Assembly (NCBI GenBank): GCA_049317645.1
Contig: JBMOHV010000001.1
Coordinates: forward strand, 975-64,974
DNA: 64,000 nucleotides
Direction of reading: 5' to 3'
Origin: Bacteroidia bacterium
GTDB taxonomy: Bacteria; Bacteroidota; Bacteroidia; UBA7662
Below the pieces are notes generated by a model. It was not told the DNA's origin. It did not search any database and worked only from the letters and a program-made list of their open reading frames with translations. Both the position numbers and the translations under genes were made by a program. Positions 9,726 through 16,967 of this stretch are shown here, piece after piece (positions within the stretch are counted from its first letter, which is position 1; each line of letters starts with the position of its first letter).

Positions 9726-9771
9726 ATCGAGCACCCATGGTGATCGAAATCGAGCACCCATGGTGATCGAA
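9726..9771. repeat. Perfect 23-bp tandem duplication (ATCGAGCACCCATGGTGATCGAA x2) covering the rlmH start codon
   Basis: Unit 1 at 9726-9748 and unit 2 at 9749-9771 are identical. Each contains an ATG (9737 and 9760). The first gives a 9-codon uORF, MVIEIEHPW, whose TGA overlaps the rlmH ATG. Confidence 0.9.
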
Positions 9772-10227
9772 CTTTTGTTGATTGGGAAAATTCGTGAAAC
9801 CTATGTGGTGAACGGATGCGAACATTTTCATGAACGCCTGCGGCATTATTGCCGGCTGACTGTTACGGAATTGGCCATCAAAGAACAAGGCCTTTCCCCG
9901 GAGGATCAAAAGTCAGCCGAGAATCGCTTGATTTTTAGCAAGTTAAAGCCACGCCACGCGCTGGTTGTCCTGGACGAACGGGGCCAATCGGTGAGCAGTC
10001 CGGGCCTGGCGGGGCAACTCGAAAAATGGGGCAATGCCGGAACGGACCGCGTTCAATTTGTGGTCGGCGGTGCCTACGGAGTTCAGGATGAATTACGTCG
10101 CAAGGCCGACTGGATTTGGTCCCTTTCTCCCCTTACCTTTCCGCATCCCTTGGTACGTCTGATTTTGATGGAACAATTGTACCGAGGGTTCAGCATTCTA
10201 CATCACCAACCCTATCATCATGGATAA
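9760..10227 (+). CDS. rlmH: 23S rRNA (pseudouridine1915-N3)-methyltransferase RlmH (SPOUT family)
   Basis: 155 aa and colinear with E. coli RlmH: ...VVLDERGQ..., FVVGGAYGV, WSLSPLTFPHPLVRLILMEQLYRGFSILHHQPYHH. Confidence 0.85.
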   Translation: MVIELLLIGKIRETYVVNGCEHFHERLRHYCRLTVTELAIKEQGLSPEDQKSAENRLIFSKLKPRHALVVLDERGQSVSSPGLAGQLEKWGNAGTDRVQFVVGGAYGVQDELRRKADWIWSLSPLTFPHPLVRLILMEQLYRGFSILHHQPYHHG

Positions 10228-10912
10228 GCCCGGTTCCCTTCATCGCCCCCAGCGGCGCGTTCTTCTGTTGGGCTACAGCGGTCTGGTGGGTCAAGCCTTG
10301 CTGGAACTTTGCATCAAGAGCGATCAGGTTTACGAAATTCTTTGCCTGGGCCGAACCCAGCCTCCCTTTACCCATTACAAATTACGCTGGGAGCGTTCCA
10401 CCCTCCTGGAGCCCGGAACCGATGCCGGTCATTACACGGCCATTGATCGGGTTTTTTGTTGCTTGGGGACCACCCTTCGCAAAGCAGGGTCCCTGGACGC
10501 CTTTCGCAGGGTCGATTACCAAATGGTGGTGGATGCCGGTATCCTGGCCCGTCAAGCAGGGGTTCCCTACTTTGGCGTTGTTTCATCCGCCGGCGCAAAT
10601 ACCCAATCCAGATTACCCTATGCCCGCACCAAGGGGGAAATGGAAGACGCTCTGCGTCGCTTGGAATTTGACCGGCTGAGCCTATTCCGCCCCGGCCTCT
10701 TGTTGGGCGATCGGAGCGAAAGCCGGCCTGCCGAATACGGGGCGAGGCTAACCTACCGACTCTGGGATTTTTTGTTGCCCCGCTCCGTGGCCGCCGTGGC
10801 CGCCAAGGACGTGGCCGCCGCGATGCTCTTGGACAGCCTCAAGGACGACTTGGGCACCGACCTTTACGACAGCCGCCAAATCAAAGTATTGGCCGGTTTA
10901 CTTCCCCGATAA
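10220..10912 (+). CDS. NAD(P)H-binding oxidoreductase (atypical short-chain dehydrogenase / HTATIP2-like)
   Basis: Rossmann motif VLLLGYSGLVGQAL. 230 aa. Start overlaps the rlmH stop by 8 nt. Confidence 0.5.
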   Translation: MDKPGSLHRPQRRVLLLGYSGLVGQALLELCIKSDQVYEILCLGRTQPPFTHYKLRWERSTLLEPGTDAGHYTAIDRVFCCLGTTLRKAGSLDAFRRVDYQMVVDAGILARQAGVPYFGVVSSAGANTQSRLPYARTKGEMEDALRRLEFDRLSLFRPGLLLGDRSESRPAEYGARLTYRLWDFLLPRSVAAVAAKDVAAAMLLDSLKDDLGTDLYDSRQIKVLAGLLPR

Positions 10913-11410
10913 CCCCGGCTTCGTCCCCGTTGATTCCCGCCGTCTCCAGGCGGAGACCGGAGGAATACCCGGCAGGCTTAACCAACCTTGGGGAGCGCGT
11001 TGCCTGACTTCCATCTCCAGACCGTTGGTCACCGCCACAACAGGTGCAGGTATCTGCATTTCATACCCCGAAACCTGCCACCAGACCTCTTCGCTCAGCA
11101 TCGTTTGCGGTGCTTTGCATTCCACCAAAACCAACGGTTCGCCCTCCTTGCCAATCACAAGCAAATCCATGCGCGTCGAGTCCACACCGCCCCCTACTCG
11201 CTTTTCGATGACCAATCGGTTCTTGGGATAGCCCAAGTGGTTCACCAAATAATGGGCCAGGTGTTGGCGGACCCATTCCTCGGGACCCAGAACCAACCAG
11301 CGACGCCGGAACGCATCCCAAACCTCCTCACGCTCGTTGTGCCAACGACGAAGCAGCGCCACCTCAGGAAAAAGGAAGGTTCGATTCAATGGGGGCCTAT
11401 TCTCCATCAT
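10898..11410 (-). CDS. Stand-alone HsdR_N-like (type I restriction enzyme R N-terminal domain) protein, putative PD-(D/E)xK nuclease fold
   Basis: 170 aa. Core ...MDLLVIGKEGEPLVLVECKAP..., with the D...E-x-K arrangement typical of PD-(D/E)xK and HsdR_N small proteins of Bacteroidota. Confidence 0.5.
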   Translation of the reverse strand: MMENRPPLNRTFLFPEVALLRRWHNEREEVWDAFRRRWLVLGPEEWVRQHLAHYLVNHLGYPKNRLVIEKRVGGGVDSTRMDLLVIGKEGEPLVLVECKAPQTMLSEEVWWQVSGYEMQIPAPVVAVTNGLEMEVRQRAPQGWLSLPGIPPVSAWRRRESTGTKPGLSGK

Positions 11411-11457
11411 GGGACATCCAAAACTAAAGCATCGGCGTAATTTTGAATGAATAAACC

Positions 11458-12228
11458 ATGAAAAGCAAGGAAGAAATTGTGCACGATTGGCTGCCCCGCT
11501 ACACGGGTTTGGCTTTGGAAGATTTTACGCCGTATATCCTGCTCACCAATTTCAGCCATTACCTGGAACTTTTTGCGGAGAAATTCAACGTCCCCATCCA
11601 TGGTTTGGACAAACCCATCAGCAGTGTCCGGGCCGGCGGTATCACCTTGTTGAATTTTGGGATGGGTTCTCCGATGGCTGCAACGGTGATGGATTTGCTC
11701 ACAGCCGTTTCCCCCAAAGCCGTTCTGTTTTTGGGCAAGTGCGGTGGTCTCAAAAAGAAAAACGCCTTGGGCGATTTTATTTTGCCCATCGCCGCCATAC
11801 GGGGCGAGGGTACCTCCAGCGATTACTTTCCTCCCGAAGTACCGGCCTTGCCCTCCTTTGCCCTCCAAAAAGCCCTCTCCACCACCATCCGCGACCTGGG
11901 TCTGGACTATTGGACCGGGACCGTTTACACCACCAACCGGCGGGTTTGGGAGCATGACAAAGTCTTCAAAGCCTACCTCCAAAAAATCCGCGCCATGGCC
12001 ATTGACATGGAGACCGCCACGTTGTTTTCGGTCGGCTTTTACAACGGCATCCCCAGCGGGGCTTTGTTGTTGGTCAGCGATCAGCCCATGATACCCGAAG
12101 GGGTCAAAACGGGGGTCAGCGACCGCCGAGTGACCGCTCATTATGCCCAAACCCACTTGGACATCGGAATCCAGGCCTTGAATACACTTATAAATAACGG
12201 ATTAACAGTCAAACATTTGCGTTTCTAA
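11458..12228 (+). CDS. amn: AMP nucleosidase-like protein, short form (PNP/UDP phosphorylase family)
   Basis: ITLLNFGMGSPMAATVMDLL...LFLGKCGGLKKKNALGDFILP aligns with the catalytic domain of E. coli Amn. 256 aa, with no regulatory N-terminal domain. Confidence 0.65.
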   Translation: MKSKEEIVHDWLPRYTGLALEDFTPYILLTNFSHYLELFAEKFNVPIHGLDKPISSVRAGGITLLNFGMGSPMAATVMDLLTAVSPKAVLFLGKCGGLKKKNALGDFILPIAAIRGEGTSSDYFPPEVPALPSFALQKALSTTIRDLGLDYWTGTVYTTNRRVWEHDKVFKAYLQKIRAMAIDMETATLFSVGFYNGIPSGALLLVSDQPMIPEGVKTGVSDRRVTAHYAQTHLDIGIQALNTLINNGLTVKHLRF

Positions 12229-13256
12229 TGGCTGCCAAAATTGCCCGCGAATGTTTGCAACAACCCCAGGAAGTCCTCCGCTGGTCCGGGTCGGTTTTGG
12301 TTCAGGGCGAAGAACCCTATTTTGTGGATGCCTTGGGAGATTTGTTGGAAAACCGCTTCCTTCCCGAACAGGCCCGCGATTTTAATCAAACGATTTTGTA
12401 CGGCAAAGAATGCGATGCCGAACAAATATTCAGTGCCGCCAAACTCTTCCCCTTCATGGCCGAACAGCGGCTGGTGCTGGTGCGGGAGGCCCAACAAATG
12501 GCAGACAAAGAATGGGAAAAACTAGGAGCCTACCTCCAAAACCCTCTTGCATCCACCCTTCTAGTCCTGCTGTACCGGGGCAAGAACCTGGACCGTCGCA
12601 AAAAAACCTACAAAATCCTGGAGCAAAAAGGCTTGGTGGTCCAAAGCGATTCCCTCAAGGACCGGCAATTGGAGTCTTGGTTGGACGAAAAAGTAGCGGG
12701 GCATGGCTTCAAACTCAACCCCCAAGCCAAGGCCCTGCTCTTGGAATTTGTTGGCAATCGACCGGATCTTCTCGCCTCCGAGATCGAAAAACTCAGCCTC
12801 AACCTTCGGGACGGCGAACGAATCGAACCCGAGCATATCGAGAAATTTGTGGGGATTTCGAGGGAGTACAATGTGTTTGAACTCCAAGACGCCCTCGGAG
12901 AACAAGATGCCGGCCGGGCGTATCGATTGGCCGTCCACCTAGGGCAACAACCCAAAGCTTCAAATTTTAGTCTGCCCCTTTGCGTTGGGACTTTGTATGC
13001 TTTTTATCAAAAAGTGGCCTTGGTCCACGAGGCCTCGGATGCAGCCCCTCAGGCGTTGGCGACCTTGCTCGGCGTGCATCCGTATTTTGTTACGGCTTAC
13101 CGCAAATACGCCCGTTCCCTGCGTCCGCCCCGGCTTCGGCGCAGCATACGTATCCTCATGGAATACGATCTCAAATCCAAAGGGATGGGCCAAGGAGGCC
13201 AGGTGGGCGAAGCGGAGCTGACCCGCGAAATGATCCAGCAATTGCTGCTGGATTAG
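12228..13256 (+). CDS. holA: DNA polymerase III subunit delta
   Basis: 342 aa. Delta-subunit-like N-terminal AAA-lid organisation (YFVDALGDLLE...FPFMAEQRLVLVREAQ). TAATG overlap with the upstream gene. Confidence 0.7.
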   Translation: MAAKIARECLQQPQEVLRWSGSVLVQGEEPYFVDALGDLLENRFLPEQARDFNQTILYGKECDAEQIFSAAKLFPFMAEQRLVLVREAQQMADKEWEKLGAYLQNPLASTLLVLLYRGKNLDRRKKTYKILEQKGLVVQSDSLKDRQLESWLDEKVAGHGFKLNPQAKALLLEFVGNRPDLLASEIEKLSLNLRDGERIEPEHIEKFVGISREYNVFELQDALGEQDAGRAYRLAVHLGQQPKASNFSLPLCVGTLYAFYQKVALVHEASDAAPQALATLLGVHPYFVTAYRKYARSLRPPRLRRSIRILMEYDLKSKGMGQGGQVGEAELTREMIQQLLLD

Positions 13257-13265
13257 CCAGGTGAC

Positions 13266-14198
13266 TTAACGACCTTCGAAATACAAACGAGCCCTGGATT
13301 CGTCCAAGCGGATCTGGCTTTGCAATTCTTCGAGGCTGTCAAATTTGCGATCGTCCCTCAAGCGGCTCAAAAAGCGAATGGTCATTTCTTGGCCATACAA
13401 ATCCCCGTCGTATTCCATCAAATGGACCTCCACCACCGACTTTCCATGGCTCTGAAGAGTTGGGCGAGGGCCGATGTACGCCATGCTTTGTTTCCAATCC
13501 GAACCAACCTGGGCATGGACCGCATAGATTCCCGATTTGGGAATTAATTTGTTGGGGTCGTCCACCGAAAGGTTGGCCGTCGGATAACCCAATCGTCGTC
13601 CGACCTGATCCCCGTGTACCACCGTGCCGCTCAAGGTATACGGATACCCCAAAAACATTTGGGCCAAAGCCACATCACCGCTTTCCAACGAATGCCGGAT
13701 TTTGGTGGACGAAACAGCCATCTGATCCAAAGCCTGGCGTCCAATTTCTTGAACCGTAAAAGGCCACTGTTCGGTCATTTGCTGCAAAAAGGCATAATCC
13801 CCTTCCCGGTCCTTCCCAAAACGATGGTTGTATCCAATGACCAAGTGGGCAACGCCCATGCCTTGGACCAATCGGCCCAAAAAATCAGCCGCTGTTTGGT
13901 TGGAAAATTCCTTGTCAAACGGGACCACAAACAAGATGTCCAGCCCCAAGGCTTCCAACATTTCCCGTTTTTCGCGGTTGCTGCTCAACAGTTTCAATTT
14001 ATCCGGGTCTTTGTTGAGAACCATGCGGGGGTGCGGATCAAAGGTCATGAGGGTCGCCAGGCATTGCCGCTCTTTGGCTTCGCGTACCAAGGCCGAGATA
14101 ATTTCGGCATGGGCCAAATGCACCCCATCGTAGGAACCCATGGTGAGGGCCAAGGGTGCCGACTTGCGGTATTCTTCCAGGTTGTTAACGACGAGCAT
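13266..14198 (-). CDS. ribF: Bifunctional riboflavin kinase / FMN adenylyltransferase
   Basis: GSYDGVHLAHAEII adenylyltransferase motif and C-terminal riboflavin kinase (PTANL, GPRPT). The internal start MLVVNN is preferred; the ORF-table start at 14243 adds 15 codons. Confidence 0.85.
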   Translation of the reverse strand: MLVVNNLEEYRKSAPLALTMGSYDGVHLAHAEIISALVREAKERQCLATLMTFDPHPRMVLNKDPDKLKLLSSNREKREMLEALGLDILFVVPFDKEFSNQTAADFLGRLVQGMGVAHLVIGYNHRFGKDREGDYAFLQQMTEQWPFTVQEIGRQALDQMAVSSTKIRHSLESGDVALAQMFLGYPYTLSGTVVHGDQVGRRLGYPTANLSVDDPNKLIPKSGIYAVHAQVGSDWKQSMAYIGPRPTLQSHGKSVVEVHLMEYDGDLYGQEMTIRFLSRLRDDRKFDSLEELQSQIRLDESRARLYFEGR

Positions 14199-14925
14199 GA
14201 TCCGTTGGGGAATCGATTTGCAAAAATGCGTCAAAATCTTCAAGCTGAAACGCTTGGTCCAAGGTTATGGTGCCAATTCCTGTTCGACGCAGGCCCTCTA
14301 GGTAGGCACCGCATCCCCAATAGGCCCCCAAATCATGGGCCAGGGACCGGATATACGTTCCCTTGCCGCAACGGATTCGCAATTGCATTTGAGGTTTATT
14401 CCATCCCAGCAGGTCGATAGCCTCGATATGCACCGTTCGGGCCTGCATTTCAAGGCTCTTTCCTTGCCGAGCCCTGGTATAGGACCTTACCCCGTCCACC
14501 TTAATCGCCGAATGGGCCGGGGGCTTTTGTTGAATGAACCCAACCATGGTCCCCAAGCCTTCGAGGATGGTCTGGGGTTCCAAATCAAAATCGACACCGC
14601 TGCTTTGAACCGGAGTTTCCAAATCGTAGGATTCGGTGACCGCCCCAAGAACGACCGACGCTTCGTAGGTTTTGACACCGCCCATCCATTGGTCAATTTC
14701 CTTGGTTTTGGCACCAATACAAAGAATTAACAAGCCATCTGCCAATGGATCCAAGGTCCCGGCATGTCCGATTTTGGCGCCTTTTAATCGGTTACGAACC
14801 CGACGTACCACGTCAAAGCTGGTCCAAGTTCGGGGCTTGTGCACCGGCAAAACGGCCCCGGCCTTCAGAATTTCTAATGAAGGCAGGCCGCTTTGTTTAG
14901 TCCAAAGTCCATCCACCCCAGACAT
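14185..14925 (-). CDS. truB: tRNA pseudouridine(55) synthase
   Basis: LPVHKPRTWTSFDVV and GHAGTLDPLADGLL catalytic motif. The start at MSGVDG is chosen; the ORF-table start at 15045 would overlap uppP extensively. Confidence 0.85.
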   Translation of the reverse strand: MSGVDGLWTKQSGLPSLEILKAGAVLPVHKPRTWTSFDVVRRVRNRLKGAKIGHAGTLDPLADGLLILCIGAKTKEIDQWMGGVKTYEASVVLGAVTESYDLETPVQSSGVDFDLEPQTILEGLGTMVGFIQQKPPAHSAIKVDGVRSYTRARQGKSLEMQARTVHIEAIDLLGWNKPQMQLRIRCGKGTYIRSLAHDLGAYWGCGAYLEGLRRTGIGTITLDQAFQLEDFDAFLQIDSPTDHARR

Positions 14926-15685
14926 AGGCCACCAAAAACAACAAACCCACCAAAATACGGTAATAGCCAAAGGCCTTGAAACCAAACCGATCGATCCCCA
15001 CAATAAAGGCCTTAACGGCCAATAGTGCGACCCCAAAAGCAACAAGCCCCCCGGTCAAGAGCATGGGCCAAGCATCGGAGGATATCTGATCGTATTGCTT
15101 GAGCAGATCGTAACCCGTGGCAGCCGCCATGGTCGGCAAGGCCAACAAAAAACTTAACTCGGCAGCTAGGGTCCGACTCAACCCCACCGAAACCCCGCCA
15201 AAAATGGTAGCAGCCGCCCTGGAAACCCCGGGAATCATGCTGATGCATTGAACCAAACCCACTTTTATCAAGGCCGGGTACGGCATGCTTTCGATGGATG
15301 CGTGCCGAGATTCTCGACGATCCGACCAACGGTCTAATAAAATCAAAACGACCCCACCCACCACCAAGGAAATGCTCACCGTCACCGCGTTAAACAAATA
15401 TTCTTTGATGGTTTGGTAGGCCAAAAATCCCACCAACCCGGTCGGCAAAAAAGCAATGAACAATTTGAAGTAAATAACCGGTCCCTTCAAGAAGCGGGGG
15501 TAATAAAGGGTCAAGACCGCAAGGATGGCACCTAATTGAATAAAAACTTCAAATAACTCCAGCAAAGGGGTTTGTTTCCAACCCATAAGGGATGATACCA
15601 AAATCATGTGACCGGTCGATGAAACCGGCAAAAACTCGGTTAGGCCCTCGACGACCGCCAGAACCCAAACGGCCAGCCAATCCAT
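14897..15685 (-). CDS. uppP: Undecaprenyl-diphosphatase (BacA/UppP)
   Basis: VVEGLTEFLPVSSTGHMIL N-terminal signature. 262 aa, polytopic. Confidence 0.9.
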   Translation of the reverse strand: MDWLAVWVLAVVEGLTEFLPVSSTGHMILVSSLMGWKQTPLLELFEVFIQLGAILAVLTLYYPRFLKGPVIYFKLFIAFLPTGLVGFLAYQTIKEYLFNAVTVSISLVVGGVVLILLDRWSDRRESRHASIESMPYPALIKVGLVQCISMIPGVSRAAATIFGGVSVGLSRTLAAELSFLLALPTMAAATGYDLLKQYDQISSDAWPMLLTGGLVAFGVALLAVKAFIVGIDRFGFKAFGYYRILVGLLFLVAYVWGGWTLD

Positions 15686-15951
15686 TAGGACCGGGGACGG
15701 TAGAGAATCGCGGCTAATTCAACCAAGTACCCCAAGGAAATGACCAACGGCGCCAAGGTGATTTTGGTGAAGGAGTAGATGTCTTCTTTGCCGATCATCA
15801 GCATATTTCCCACCACCAGCAAGACCAGTCCCAACAACATCAAGCGATAATTCATCGGGCCAAACAAAGGTGCACCCTTGCGACGAAAAGCATCCGTGAT
15901 GGAAGACGATGGGGCGTTAGCGGTTTTGGTAGAAGTTGCTTTGTAGGCCAT
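15685..15951 (-). CDS. DUF3098-family small membrane protein
   Basis: 88 aa with two TM helices. Conserved Bacteroidota synteny between ftsX and uppP. Confidence 0.5.
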   Translation of the reverse strand: MAYKATSTKTANAPSSSITDAFRRKGAPLFGPMNYRLMLLGLVLLVVGNMLMIGKEDIYSFTKITLAPLVISLGYLVELAAILYRPRS

Positions 15952-15982
15952 AACGAGGGAACGGTAGGGGGCTCAAAAGGAT

Positions 15983-16858
15983 TTAGTGCAATTGATCCGA
16001 TTCAAGGCGAAGATACTTGTTGAGGGCCACATAATGGCTCAACCAACCGGTCAGGAGGGAAAAGCCCAGCAGACCCCCCGCCAAAACCAGGGCCTGAAGC
16101 CCCGCACCGGGGTAATTCAAATCAGGGGCCCACTGCAGAACCCAGGCCATGGTACCCAAGAGGAGAAGGCTGCCCCCTGCCCAGGCTATGATCGACCATT
16201 TCAAAGCCCTGCGCAGGTAGGGTTGGCGAATAAACCGATCATCCGCACCCACCAATTGCATGGAACGAATCAAATGACGGTCGGCAAACAGGACCAAGCG
16301 AACCGATTGGTCAATCAAAAGCCAGGTCAACCCAAAAAGCGCCCCGCTCAACCCCAAGAGAATCCAAGCCATGGTGCCAAAATTGCGTTCAAGGGAAGCC
16401 AGCAAACGCACGGGGTACGCGACATCGCTCACCAATGGCAAAACGGCCAATTTGCGCTTGAGTTCCTCGAAGGCTACCTTTTCACCGAATCGGTAATGCA
16501 CCCGAACCTTGACCGATGCCAGCAAGGGATTTTCGCCCAAAAAGTCAACGAAATCCTCCCCCAATTCTTGGCTCATTTCACGAGCCGCCTCATCGCGACT
16601 TACATACCGACATTGTTTGACTTCGGGCATCCGACGAACCGTTTGTAACAATGTTCGAATCTCAGCAGGTTGGGCTTCTTGATGCAAAAAAACCTGAATC
16701 TCTACGTTTTCGTGCAAATATTCCACCCACCAACGGGCCTGCACCGCAATGATTCCCATCAGGCCCAACAAAAAAAGCACCAAACCCTGCGAACCAAAGG
16801 CCGAGACCCTGGAACGGGAGACCGATGAACGCAGGAGCGTGGGGGCGGTGAGCTTCAT
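15983..16858 (-). CDS. ftsX: Cell division protein FtsX-like permease
   Basis: Four-TM topology with a large periplasmic loop after TM1, about 290 aa from the internal start MKLTAPT. No ftsE adjacent. Confidence 0.75.
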   Translation of the reverse strand: MKLTAPTLLRSSVSRSRVSAFGSQGLVLFLLGLMGIIAVQARWWVEYLHENVEIQVFLHQEAQPAEIRTLLQTVRRMPEVKQCRYVSRDEAAREMSQELGEDFVDFLGENPLLASVKVRVHYRFGEKVAFEELKRKLAVLPLVSDVAYPVRLLASLERNFGTMAWILLGLSGALFGLTWLLIDQSVRLVLFADRHLIRSMQLVGADDRFIRQPYLRRALKWSIIAWAGGSLLLLGTMAWVLQWAPDLNYPGAGLQALVLAGGLLGFSLLTGWLSHYVALNKYLRLESDQLH

Positions 16859-16967
16859 ACATCGCAAAAATAAAACAAATAAGCCCCGTAGCCTTGGTCT
16901 TGGCTTTGAACTAAATTCGCCTGAATTCAACACCCTACCCTTGAACCCCTCCCCGACTTTTCAGGAA

